Origin: Squalus acanthias
Lineage: Eukaryota
Reading direction: 5' to 3'
Assembly: GCA_030390025.1 (NCBI GenBank)
Contig: CM059432.1
Span: 95,234,001-95,298,000 of the forward strand
Length of the DNA stretch: 64,000 bases
Below are positions 14,482 to 26,212 of the stretch, one piece after another; the first letter of the stretch is position 1; each line of letters starts with the position of its first letter. The position numbers and the translations under genes are program-made. The notes under the pieces are model-generated. The model saw only the letters and a list, made by a program, of their open reading frames with translations, searched no databases and was not told where the DNA came from.

Positions 14482-14569
14482 GTACCACGGCCTCTGGCAA
14501 TGAAGAAAGAAGGAATCCAGACTAGAAAAAGAAAACCTAAGAATTTAAACAAGTCCAAGAGCACTTCAA
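14482..14569 (+). CDS. GATA6: GATA6 exon, basic region/NLS
   Basis: Acceptor TAG ending 14481; [29 protein letters not shown]; donor GTGAGT at 14570. Not in the ORF track (too short). Confidence 0.96.
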
Positions 14570-14664
14570 GTGAGTCTGAGATTACTAGTTGAAAGGACCT
14601 TGAAAATAAGTATAAAATACCACCTTCAACAAGATGACTGACTGGCTGACAAAATATTTTGCAG

Positions 14665-14786
14665 GCACAAGCAATACAGTCACAATGACTCCAACTTCCT
14701 CATCGTCTTCTACATCTAATCAAGAGGAGATACCCAGAGTGAAAAGCGGCTCACCCTCTGGCCAGACCACAGGTGCAGCTTCAGGG
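14665..14786 (+). CDS. GATA6: GATA6 exon, Ser/Thr-rich C-terminal region
   Basis: After a 95-bp intron, acceptor TTGCAG; (S)TSNTVTMTPTSSSSSTSNQEEIPRVKSGSPSGQTTGAASG (MTPTS..S and ASG as in GATA6); donor GTAAGT at 14787. Confidence 0.9.
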
Positions 14787-15079
14787 GTAAGTTTTGCACA
14801 GTAAACCTTTCCTGTTTCTATGCTGCACCATAAAAACTGAATACCTTTTCAGAAGTTATCCGTACTGCCAGAAATTCTTGGTCATAGAAACAAAAAGGTG
14901 GATTTCTGAGATCGGAATAATACTCGCAAGCAAAAGAAAATGATTTTGGAACGGTGTTTTTATGGGTGGAAGGCTTTGTGGCAGAGTTATGCAAAAGATC
15001 CTTGGGGTTGTTTCGATAACTTTTTTGGGGGGGTAACCATTTCAAATTTACAGCAATGACTTTGATTCAGAGAGCCACT

Positions 15080-15718
15080 GCAAACTGCTCAAATTTGGAG
15101 AGTGTATTAAGTTGATGAGGCAGTCAAAGGCCTACAAAATGGGAGAGATAAAAATCTATAAGTGGGCAGGAAGTGACAGATTAAGTTTAATATAATAAAT
15201 GTAAGGTACAGCACGTTGTTAAAAAAAGGCACGGAATATGAATGGTGTCAAAGGACCTAAGTTAAATTTGAAAAAGTGGTGTTTGCAGAATCGGGTTTAG
15301 CAGTACATAGAATTTACAGCACAGAAACAGGACATTCTGCCCAACAGGTCTATGCCCATGTTTATCCTCCATGCGAGCCTCCTCCCATCTTACTTCATCT
15401 CACCCTATCAAGAAATCTCACCCTATAACCAACATTCCCTCTAAGCTGCATGGCCGTGCAGCCCGGGACCAGCATTTCCAATGTTAAATTTTGCGCATGC
15501 ATGAAACTGTGAATTAGGGGAACATTGCCTATAACATGTCCAGTCAATGCGAAGCAGCAATCAGAAAAATAATAGAATGCTCAACTATATTGCTAAATCG
15601 CTGGAGTATAAATTGAAGGATGTCACGTTGGAACTGTAGACTATCCTCATCCAAAGGCACCGTGTGTATTGTGTTCGGTTTTGGTCACCGAAGTGTAAAG
15701 AGAGTAAAGGCAAAAGTC
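15080..15718 (+). mobile_element. Decayed CR1 RT-region fragments with younger insertions
   Basis: Degenerate matches to the CR1 RT C-terminal coding region; interrupted by a reverse CR1-type tail (~15305-15410) and a hAT MITE. Confidence 0.5.
15430..15527. mobile_element. 98-bp hAT-type MITE
   Basis: Imperfect TIRs caacattccctctaa / ttaggggaacattg and a perfect 8-bp TSD cctataac (15422-15429, 15528-15535). Confidence 0.8.
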
Positions 15719-15721
15719 TTA

Positions 15722-16322
15722 GGGCTAGAAATTCGGTGCATTTGCGCCTCTCGTTAGCGCCGGGCCACAAATGACTTTTCGTCCGGGCGCGGCGCCGCTA
15801 ACGACTCCCACTAAATTCAGCGGGAGTTTAGCGGCGGTGGTAACCGGTAGCACCCCACTCCACTGTGCAGGCGATGACGATGTCATCACTGTGTGCAGCA
15901 CCCCGTTTTTGTCCTGCCTGCAAAATTGGCCTGCGCCCGCATAATCTGCGCCGGGCGATGATAGCGACCGATTCAGGGGGTGGGAATGGAGTGGCAAGAA
16001 GCTCGCGGGCGCTAACTAAAGGAGAGGTGGCGGGCAGGGAAAAAAAATCGTCCGACTTACTTGTTGCAGCCCGTTGCATCTTTGAACGCGGGGTCCGTGC
16101 CGCGATCTGGCAGCCCGGCACTCCTCTTGTGTGCCGGGCTGCTGGCACAGCACCTCGCTCCCCAGTCGTCCAGCTAGGGCCCCGCAGAGTTGTGGGCTTG
16201 GGCCCTCGCCTTTAACGAGGGGAAGAGCCCTTCCATGCGGCAGCGCTACGTGGCCCAGTGCGTAGCGCTGCAGAACGCACCTGCCTCGATAGTCGGGGTT
16301 AGTGCTTTAACAAATTTTTCCC
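15722..16322. mobile_element. Harbinger-type non-autonomous element (TTAGCGCC group; right end unclear)
   Basis: TTA|gggctagaaattc terminus, GC-rich body with ttagcgcc/gcgctaa motifs like 28567-32713. Confidence 0.7.
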
Positions 16323-17091
16323 TGCTTGGAATCATTTAAGAGACAGTTGGATGTTGTGATTGGCAGATAATAGTTTTTTCCAGATGCTTTGGCTGATGGC
16401 CTCCCTCATCTGTATTTATCTTGTGATCTTTTGATCTTCTGATTCCTTACAGTAGCAAGGATAAGAAATCATTTTTTCAGGATACCACATGGTTTTATAA
16501 TGTGGTTAACTAGTTTATCACAGCTTTGGGACATGTTTGATCTGTAGGAATATGTATAGAAAGATATCAGATTAATTGTTCAACTCTTTAGCTAATTTCT
16601 ATATTCCATCAGTTCACATGGTCAGAACAGTTAATCAGCAGCTTTAGAAAGGGCAAGGTTCAGATCGTCTCTCTCCTGCACACTTGCAAGATTTTTCTTT
16701 GGGTGAATGAGAAAGGAAGAGACTCTATTTTAAGGACCTCTTCTTCTTCTTACCCAATTTCATATACAACTAAATTTGTGACTTGTAAGAAAGTTTGCTG
16801 CTACTCAGGTGATTTTTCACCTGAGGAGTACTGATGAAAATCTCTGTGATAATTTTTCCATCAAATACTAGGTAAGTGACGTAACTGTTTAATCTTTAGG
16901 TGTACTCACATACCCTGCTCATTAAAGAAAAAATGTTGAAGCTTTGACTGAACAGTGTAAGTCCTTCCCCTCACTAAATGATTTTGTATTTTTATTTGAA
17001 GCCAAGCACATTTGTTTGGTTATGTGCTATGGTACGACAAGCCACTCAGCTTTGATGTAATCTAATGCTTTCTCTAATCTTTGTTGACTAG

Positions 17092-17169
17092 TCTGTCTTA
17101 GCAATGTCAGGCCAAGGAGAAAGCAGCAGCCCAGAAAGCAGTGCACTTAAGTTTGCAGATCAAGAGTAG
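17092..17169 (+). CDS. GATA6: GATA6 last coding exon, ending at an early TAG
   Basis: Acceptor CTAG ending 17091; SVLAMSGQGESSSPESSALKFADQE* aligns with GATA6 [22 protein letters not shown]; TAG at 17167-17169. Confidence 0.85.
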   Translation, partial: SVLAMSGQGESSSPESSALKFADQE

Positions 17170-18540
17170 GGCTACGCAAAAGTAAATCTAAGCTCTGTAT
17201 CTGAGATTTGTGTTTCTGCCAGATAGGATTGGTGGGGCACTATGATATTGATAGACTTGACACCCCTTCTTTATATATATCTTTTTAAATCATCATGCCC
17301 TCACCTTTTTCAAATTTTCAGATGTTTTGCCAATTAAAGAAAAAAAAAAAATCACAAGCAGTAAAAATAGCAGAGTGGACAAAATATTCCTAGTTTTTAC
17401 AAGCTTTGATTGAAGAGGCAATTTGCCAAACTTTCTCTTACTCCTTTCTCTCTACTGACTCCAACTTTGCAGGACTATCAACCCTTCCAGCAGCCAATGT
17501 GGACTGATGATGAACAGCTCCATGGAGTCAGATAACAGCACATCTCTGAACATAATTTCTTCCCTATCTCCAAGGAAAGGCACGTCCTCCAGCAGCCAGT
17601 AAAGCTGCCTGTTTATTTTGGATCGTTTAGTTTTATTTAACAAAAAGCTGTAATGAGTACTTTCAGAATACAGATGATCCAGATGCCAAAATGGATGCAA
17701 AGAAACAGCTGAGGCGTGTTCCATACTGTAGTCAAGAGTAATATGACATTACCTAAGTTTTGCCAGCGTGACTGATGGAAACAAGCCTCCCACATTACTG
17801 TTCCAGTTTGTTCCTACAACGACCTGTAAGGAAACAAATTATGTTTGAAATGACACACTGACAATGAAGGTTAGTTGATGCAATGTGAATTCTGAAGGTT
17901 CCCATTGCAGTCATTGACTTGATACTGGTCAATGTTTTTGAAACAGGGTAACAAGCGGATGTATTCTTCCACATATTAACAACTTCATTGTATAAAATGA
18001 AATGCAATTAGCATTGCAACAATCAGTGTTAAATCAAAATGGTTCAAAATTAAACAACCTTCTTCTAGCAATGAATGTAAACCTTCTAAGTTAATGGTAC
18101 TTATGTAATTTAAAGACGATAGCTAAGTCAGTATCTGCAACAGGATACTTTATTCATTTTCTGTGTTTTAAGAATCATCCGTATAGTCTTTTTGGTAGTT
18201 TGGGAAAAGAAACATTATGTTAAGAACAAATTTCCTCTCAGGTAAATTCGTTGTTGCATTACCTTTTGTAAGTTTTGTAAAGAAAAACACAAAAATATCG
18301 CCTGGCTATAGGTTAAATATATGCAAGACGAAATGAAATGCAAACTTTACTACCTATGTGATGAAATGTAAATACTTTTCTGAAACAATTGTCTGAGGAT
18401 TGTTTGGCTTTGATAATACAAAGTGTATAAAAAGACAAGCTGGTGTTTAGGCCGGTCCATGCATTTTTAAAGGTGTATGTCATTGCTTGTATTGTTATTT
18501 GTTCCTTGAAAACAGATTAAAAGGTGTCCTTTTTCGAAAA
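17170..18540 (+). other. GATA6: GATA6 3'UTR (inferred extent)
   Basis: AT-rich stretch with no recognisable TE after the stop; 8-mer miRNA sites ACAGGGTA (17943), TGAATGTA (18072), ACTACCTA (18349); ATTAAA polyA signal at 18516-18521. Confidence 0.6.
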
Positions 18541-18999
18541 TATTATTGGTGCTTTACCTTATACTTCATTGTTCTATTACTAGTTATAAACAGTAGTTAG
18601 TAAAATATGAAATGATCCTATCAGATTTCTGACGAAGGCATATAAGAACAAAGATACAATATTTTGTGTTTGTGAACTAGTAAGGGTTAAGTCTCACTAG
18701 AACAATGGTCTTTTATGTTTGTATGTCTTTATGCGATAGCGAACAGATTTTTTTGTTTGGATTTATGTTGGAATACCACTCAAATTCAAAGGAGTCAGAA
18801 TTATCTGTTTAACAATAAGGATTTCTGTATTATGGTTTCATCGTGCTTAGTAACCATAACTGACACTATCCAGCTTGTTGGGTATTATATTTAACATTTG
18901 AATGTTATGTTTTATGTGACCTTAGTATAATGGCCATTTATTTTGTGTGGGTTGAATGTATTTAAACAGATAACCTTAAAGAAAATACAGAAATATCAC

Positions 19000-19400
19000 A
19001 GGTAGATGAACTAGAGGATTGCTCTACAGAGAGCCGGCATGGACTCGATGGGCCGAATGGCCTCCTTCTGTGCTGTAATGACTCCAATCTCTATGACTCT
19101 AGTTGTGCTATAATCAAATGCATGTGTTTTCTTGGCAACCACAGTTCATCAACTCTAATTAATGGTATTATTTAAATATGATACAGGTTGGCACAAAGAG
19201 GTGACATCTTATCATTACATAACATAAGAACATAAGAAATAGGAGCAGGAGTAGGCCAATCGGCCCCTCGAGCCTGCTCCGCCATTCAATAAGATCATGG
19301 CTGATCTGATCCTAACCGCCAATCTACTATCTATCACAGAACCATCTCCTGCATCCAACAGAATTGCACACACGAAATAGGAGCAGAATCAGGCTACACG
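19000..19400. mobile_element. Cluster of CR1-type 3' tail fragments
   Basis: gatgggccgaatggcctccttctgtgctgt (+) and acataagaacataagaaataggagcaggagtaggcc (-). Confidence 0.7.
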
Positions 19401-19439
19401 GTCCCTGGGCCTCACAATTCTGCTGCCAGTAAATGAGGG

Positions 19440-19676
19440 CAAAAATGAGAAGTCGCACAACACCAGGTTATAGTCCAACAGTTTTATTTGAAATCACAAG
19501 CTTTCGGAGCTTACACCCCTTCCTCAGGTGAAGTGAGGTGAAGTGACTTCACCTGAGGAAGGGGTGTAAGCTCCGAAAGCTTGTGATTTCAAATAAAACT
19601 GTTGGACTATAACCTGGTGTTGTGCGACTTCTCATTTTTGTCCACCCCAGTCCAACACCGGCATCTCCGCATCATG
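19440..19676. mobile_element. Penelope-type mini-insertion: perfect 95-bp inverted repeat plus tail, 12-bp TSD
   Basis: 19440-19534 is the exact reverse complement of 19546-19640; agtaaatgaggg is duplicated at 19428-19439 and 19677-19688. Confidence 0.88.
19549..19586 (+). ncRNA. Minimal type I hammerhead ribozyme motif (mirror copy on - strand at 19494-19531)
   Basis: TCAC-CTGAGGA-A-GGGGT(gtaa)GCTCC-GAAA-GC-TT-GTGA: helix I TCAC/GTGA, CUGANGA and GAAA cores, palindromic AGCT helix III. Confidence 0.7.
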
Positions 19677-21177
19677 AGTAAATGAGGGGATACTGCTGTT
19701 TACAGGGCATTGGAGAAACATTCCAAGAGTTAGTTTTACACTAAGGTCTTGGAGCTAGTGTGGCAATGCAAACAGCTGCCACCATTTTTTTGGGTTATGA
19801 ATGCATACATTCCAGCAATGCACACTTCACATTACTAGCATATTCAGACCTGCCCCCAGCCATGAATGAAAGACCAGTGGGCAGAAATTTCTTTCACGTT
19901 TGAAAATTGTACATGCACTTTTTTTCTGTATTGCCAGCAGTGCTGTCGAATACATTGTCCAATATTCAAGACAAATAGAACTGATTCTATTCAATTCCGT
20001 ATTTGATTCTTTATATGCTTGTTATTAAAGAATAAGAGAATATCTTGGAAGTGTTATACATCAAGATGTCCCTATGTGCAAGCAATGCAATGATACTTTA
20101 GTGATGTGATGATATTTACAAAACAAATGACATAATCGCATTATATGTTTCTTGAAAGAAGCAAAAAACCTTCTGAATAACTTTAGAGGGAGGAGTGATA
20201 GCATAAGCTAGTGATATTAAAACTGAATCTCCCAGAGAAATATGAAGAACAAACTTCAGACTTGTAGGGGGTACATTTCCCTAATGTGCAATGAAATCAT
20301 AAAAATATCCTTTATAAACATGTCTACAGTTTTGCTAAGCATTACTAAGAAATCTTCACCATATTGTCCTAGTCTGCTGATGAAGTCATTTTATTAGAAA
20401 TTAATATTTGACCACAAAGATTTTGGACAGGATATTTTTTGTATTGTTTTTTAATTCATATTTTTTGTCCACAAAGAATTAAAAAATTCAAAATATGATT
20501 AGAATATAGTAGCTAAAAGAAGCTGAGTTTCTAATTTTCAAATGTAGTGAAAACTAATATCATGCTTTACAAAATGCACAATATGATGTGCAGTAACAAA
20601 ACTTGTGCAAGAAATTTACAAAGATTACCTACAATATAAAGCAATTAACTAAAAATGACATTATAGTGGTAACTGTAGTTGATTTGACATCATGCTTTCA
20701 GAACAGCCACAACGACTATATTCTGGTGTACTAAAGAAATATTGCAGTTATGGATTTGTCACATTTACATAAGATTTACAGGTAGTGTAAATGCATTTCT
20801 AAAATTCCAACTATGGTTCAAAATCTACAATAGCCGCACAGTATAATGCCAGAACTAGAATTATAAGGGTGCTGATGCTGTTAATTTAAGTTAAAAAGAT
20901 GTTTAGAAAGCTTTAGTTTCACCTTCATTGGTTTGTGGTAAATGTACAGATAGAGCTCCCAATGCTTCGTGGGGCGAAAGCTAGGTAGCATAGGATGGGA
21001 TTTAATAGAGCCTGTGGTAAATTGAGATGCAATCCTTGAAGAAGTTTATAAAGCAAGTTACATAATTAAGGGGTTTAGACAATGCCATAAACCATATTTA
21101 TATTCATAAAAGAGCAACAAAGGACAACTGAACAAGTAATAGAAGGTACAAATCAAATGTGAGAAAAATGGTTTTCA

Positions 21178-23283
21178 ATAAGAACATAAGAATTAGGAGC
21201 AGGAGTAGGCCATATGGCCCCTTGAGCCTGCTCCGCCATTCAATAAGATCATGGCTGATCTTTGACCTCAACTCCACTTTTCTGCCCGATCCCCATATCC
21301 CTTGATTCCCCTAGAGTCCAAAAATCTACCTATCTCAGCCTTGAATATACTCAATGACTGAGCATCCACAGCCTTTTGGGGCAGAGAATTCCAAAGATTC
21401 ACAACCCTCCTAATCTCAATCTTAAAAGGCCGACCCCTTATCCTGAGACTATGCCCCCAAGTTCTAGACTCTCAAGCCAGGGGAAACAATCTCTCAGCAT
21501 CTATCCTATCAATCCCCCTCAGAATCTTATATGTTTCAATGAAATCACCTTTCATTCTTCTACATTCCAGAGAGTATAGACCCAATCTACTCAATTTCTC
21601 CTCATAGAACAACCCTCTCATCCCAGGGATCAATCTAGTGAACCTTTGTTGCACTGCCTCTAAGGCAAGTAAATCCTTCCTCAGAAAAGAAGACCAAAAC
21701 TGTGCATAGTACTCCAGGTGTGGTCTCCCCAAAGCCCTCTACAATTGTAGCAAGACTTCCTTACTCATGTACTCCAACCCCCTTGCAATAAAGGCCAACA
21801 TGGCATTTGCCTTCCTAATTGCTTGCTGTACCTGCATGCTAACTTTCTGTGTTTCCTGTACAAGGACACCTAAATCTCTCTGAACACCAACATTTAATAG
21901 TTCTCACCATTTAAAAAATATTCTGTTTTTCTATTCTTCCTACCAAAGTGAATAACCTCACATTTCCTCACATTATACTCCATCTGCCAACTTATTGCCA
22001 GTCACTTAACCTGTTGATATCCCTTTGCAGGTTCTTTGTGTCCTCCTCACAGCTTACTTTCCCATCTAGTTTTGTATCCTCAGCAAACTTGGATACATTG
22101 CACTCGGTCCCTTCATCTAAGTCATTAATACAGATTGAAAATAGCTGAGGCCCAAGCACTGAACCTTGCGGCACCCCACTAGTTACAGCCTGCCAACCTG
22201 AAAATGACCGTTTATCCCTACTCTCTGTTTTCTGTCCATTAACCAATTCTCCATCCATGCTAATACATTACCCGTAACCCCATGAGCCCTTATCTTGTGT
22301 AACAACCTTTTATGTGGTACCTTATCGAATGCCTTTTGGAAATCCAAATATACTATATCTACTGGTTCCCCTTTATCTACCCTGCTAGTTACAGCCTCAA
22401 AAAACGCAATAAATTTGTCAAACACGATTTCCCTTTCATAAAACCATGTTGACTCTGCCTAACTATATTTTGATTTTCTAAGTGCCCTGTTACCACTTCC
22501 TTAATAATGGATTCTAGCATTTTCCTGACAACTGATGTCAGGCTAACTGGCCTGTAGTTCCCTGTTTTCTCTCTCCCTCCTTTCTTGAATAGCAGGGTTA
22601 CATTTGCTACCTTCCAATCCACTGGGACCGTTCTAGAATCCAGGGAATTTTGGAGGATCACAACCAATGCATCCATTATCTCTACAGCCACCTCTTTTAG
22701 AACCCTAAGATGTAGGCCATCAGGTCCATGGGATTTGTTGGTTTTTAGTCCCATTATTTTCTCAAGTACTTTTTCTCTACTGATATTAATTACTTTAAGT
22801 TTCTCACTCTCATTAGCCCCTTGGTTCCCCACTATTTTTGGTATGCTTTTTGTGTCTCCACTGTGAAGATGGATGCAAAATATTAGTTTAAAGTCTCTGT
22901 CATTTCCTTATTCCCCATTGTAATTTCACCTGTCTCAGCCTCTAAGGGACCAATGCTTATTTTTGCTACTCTCTTCTTTTTTACATATTTATAGAAGCTC
23001 TTACAATCTGTTTTTATATTTCTTGCTAATTTTCTCATATATTCTATTTTCTCCCTTTTTATCAATTTTTTGGTTGTCCTTTGCTGGTTTCTAAAGCTCT
23101 CCCAATCCTCAGGCTTACTGCTATTCTTTGCAACATTATAAACCTCATCTTTTAATCTAATACTATTCTCAACTTCCTTAGTTAGCTACGGATGGATCAC
23201 TTTTCCCATGAATTTTTTATTTCTCAATTGAATGTATATTTGTTGAGAATTTTGGAATATTTCTTTAAATGTTTGCCAATGCA
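21178..23283 (-). mobile_element. 5'-truncated CR1 LINE, decayed ORF2 (RT)
   Basis: Frameshifted pieces [50 protein letters not shown]; (cttatgtt)-type 3' tail at 21178-21195. Confidence 0.95.
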
Positions 23284-23377
23284 AGACTGAAAAGGATATG
23301 TGAATATGGCACATCAAGCATGAGTGTCCAGCAACCTTTGTGAATAAAAGGAAGTTTAACCAATGGAATCACTCCAT

Positions 23378-23630
23378 AACAAAAGCAAAATACTGTGAAT
23401 GCCGGAAATAAAAAACAGAATATGCTGGAAATATTCAGCAGGTCAGGCAGCATCTGTGGACAGATAAATAGGGCTGAATTTTTACCTTGGTGTTGCGATG
23501 GGTGCGGGGGCGGGGGGGTGAGGGGGTGTGTGGGGGGAGGCGTGGATCGCGTCGGGAACCCGAGAGACGCGTTTTGCAGTGACTTTTTATCGAAGCCACT
23601 GCAACTGAATCAGATTTTCTGACCAATTAA
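23378..23630. mobile_element. Penelope terminal repeat (-) interrupted at 23471 by a Harbinger-type MITE end
   Basis: aaaagcaaaatactg..aatattcagcaggtcaggcagcatctgtgg followed directly by gggctgaattttt and GC-rich sequence. Confidence 0.6.
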
Positions 23631-24541
23631 CTGGAGTGGGTTCCAGTGGGATAAATCATATATTTTCACTAGAGTACAGATACTGAACTTCCATACACAA
23701 TGTTAGTTCAAATATTACAACTGTTCTGAGCTGGGATGACATACATTTTATTTGGTTATGAAAGGAAGTCAGACAGAAGATATAGGATATGCCATTGCGC
23801 ACAATATGTAACACACAGCTTAACAATGAGACTGATGAAATAATTCATAAACCATGAAATTACAGGTGATTTATGTCATTATTCATGAGTGGAGCAACTT
23901 TTTTTGAATGTTTTCATTTCCATAGAAAGTGTTATGTGGGGCTATTATGTCATGAGAGGTGCTTTTCACCTCTAACCTGAGCTGAGAAGTACCATACATT
24001 ATTCTTTGTCACAATGAAGTTGCACACAAGTGTTGCATTAATGTGTTCTGACATGATTTACGTCATTGCCACTTTTATTTGCCAACAAACTGAAGGGTTG
24101 TCAAATGCCTTTCATGAAGAAAGAAAATATTAAAAAATAGTTTGTCAAATTTTAAATTAGAGTTAAAAAAATGTAACGTTTATAGATTGACAGCCCCTGC
24201 AAGCTGATGACATTGTAACAAGCTGCAATGGATCAGAAGCACTAGGGAAGCAGCGAGTGGGGAGGTGGAGGGAGAATCATATCAATAGTACTTAAAACGC
24301 TATTGAATTCATTTACTTTACAGCTCATTAAAGATGGAAAGTAACTCAGGCCAGCCAGGAAGTGGAATTTTACAGTGCTGGACAGAACATTTACTCTGAG
24401 TGACATACTAGGCTTTGTTCAATGGACTTTCATTACAAACATAGGAAGTAATAAGTGAAGCATTACACCTGTATCATTACTCTGATGTTTGATAACACCA
24501 TTTATTGAACATTCCATATGTTGCTGGTAAGAACACAAGAA

Positions 24542-24988
24542 GGGGAATTTTAACCCCTGGCCGGGAAGTCTGGTTAAGTCCACCGGAGAACCACCCAATC
24601 TTCGCCTGTCAGCAGCCAGCCAGCTACCTCTTTACGCCCATTTTGGCCAGGCAGGCAAATAGACAACCCCTGGCAGTTAATATTGGGCAGGCCTCCCATG
24701 GAGACTCCTGCCCAATATTAACTGGGTCAGCTTCCTTTCCAGGAGTTAAAATTCTTCCTACAGTAGGGCAGCCACAGCTGGCATCCACTCAGTTGGCAGA
24801 TAAAATGCCATTTGATTTGCCTAAATGCCCAAGGCTCCGGCCTGATTCAGGCAGGTGCCTTGACAGCCTGAAAAAGCAGCCGTGTTGATATTGCTGCAGG
24901 GTGGGAATGGAACAGGAAATAGACCCACTCAATTTTAACTCCTGTCTCAGCGGGTTTCCGCCAGTCAGGGGGAAGTTAAAATTCCCCC
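24542..24988. mobile_element. Harbinger-type MITE(s) with an internal palindrome
   Basis: TIRs ggggaattttaac / gttaaaattcccc; further internal TIR-like copies (~24743, ~24930); 18-bp perfect stem at 24674-24724. Confidence 0.65.
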
Positions 24989-25761
24989 TAATTCTGTTTG
25001 GATTTAGAGAATAAGGATAACTCAATCAGAAGTGTGCCCAGAGAAATATGCCACTGTGGCCTGCCCCTGAAAGCCCGCTGACCAAAGAGTTAGCAATGAT
25101 TCTGGGGCAGGCTGAGAGTAAAAGGTGAAAATTAAAAAAAATATTTAAACCTTCCCTTTTCTCCACCCCAAGGATGTTCAGGTGTAATCAGGGCCTTCTT
25201 GTTGCTGATCTCCATCTGCAATCTCTAAGACCCAACATACAGCCACAGGCCTGAGATGCCTTCAACAGTGCTTCAATTTTCCGCCCCCTTTGCCAGTGAT
25301 AAGCTCTGCCAGGGTAGCAAGTCTGTGTTGAGAGTGACCCTGGGATATATTAATGCCTTGGGCAAGAAATCATGGTCCTCCTGGCCTGGTTAACAGTAGT
25401 GCACTTTGGGTTTGCTCCTCTTCAACTCCATGGTTGGAGAAGTAGGAAAATTTCCCATCTTGTGTTCTCACCAGCATCATTATCCGTCTGGTTCAAATTC
25501 GAATCCAGGATCCAGAGCTGAAAATTCAGTGCACTAACCTATTGTACCACCTCGCCTACCCCTTCAGCTCATCTTCTTGATTTACTTACTCAAGAGTCCT
25601 TCATCAAATAAACACTATAGACAGAAGAAGTGTATCATCAATAAAGACGTGTTGGGCTTAACTGCTAATGTAATTGTCTAGGTGCATTGTCACCTTGCTG
25701 ACTCATTTGTTATACTTCCACATCATGCTAAGAGTCACTGTACACACCTAGATATCTTGCA

Positions 25762-26212
25762 ACAACAACAAATTGCACTTATATAGTGCCTCTAACGTAG
25801 TAAAACGTCCCAAGGCACTTCGCAGGATCGTAATCAGACAAAAGTTGACACCGAGCCAAAGAAGGAGGTAAGTTTAGTCAAATAGGTAGGTTTTAAATGG
25901 CGTCTTAAAGGAGGAGAAGTGGAGAGGATGAGAGGTTTAGGGAGGGAATTCCAGAGTTTAGGGCCTAGATGGCTGTAGGCACGGCCGCCAATGGGGGGGC
26001 GAAGGAAGTCATTGATGGTCAAGGTGCTAGAGTTGGAGGAATGCAGAGTTTTTATAGGGTTATAAGGCTGCAAGAGGTTACAGAGATAGGGTGGGCCGAG
26101 GCCATGAGGGGATTTGAAAACAAGGATGAGAATTTTAAAATCAAGGTGTTGGTGCATTGGGAATCAATGTAGGTCAGCGAGTACAGGGGTGATGGGTAAA
26201 TGGGACTTGGTC
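25762..26212 (-). mobile_element. L2 LINE 3' fragment
   Basis: LDFKILILVFKS.HGLGPPYL.NLL.PY.P...L.SS..GGRAYS...PKLWNSLP is the L2 ORF2 C-terminus; (TTG)n tail. Confidence 0.88.

Noticed and set aside
17167..17226. Programmed readthrough of the GATA6 stops
   Set aside because: It would need two UAG readthroughs, neither has the UGA-CUAG context, and the ancestral stop appears lost; decay is simpler.
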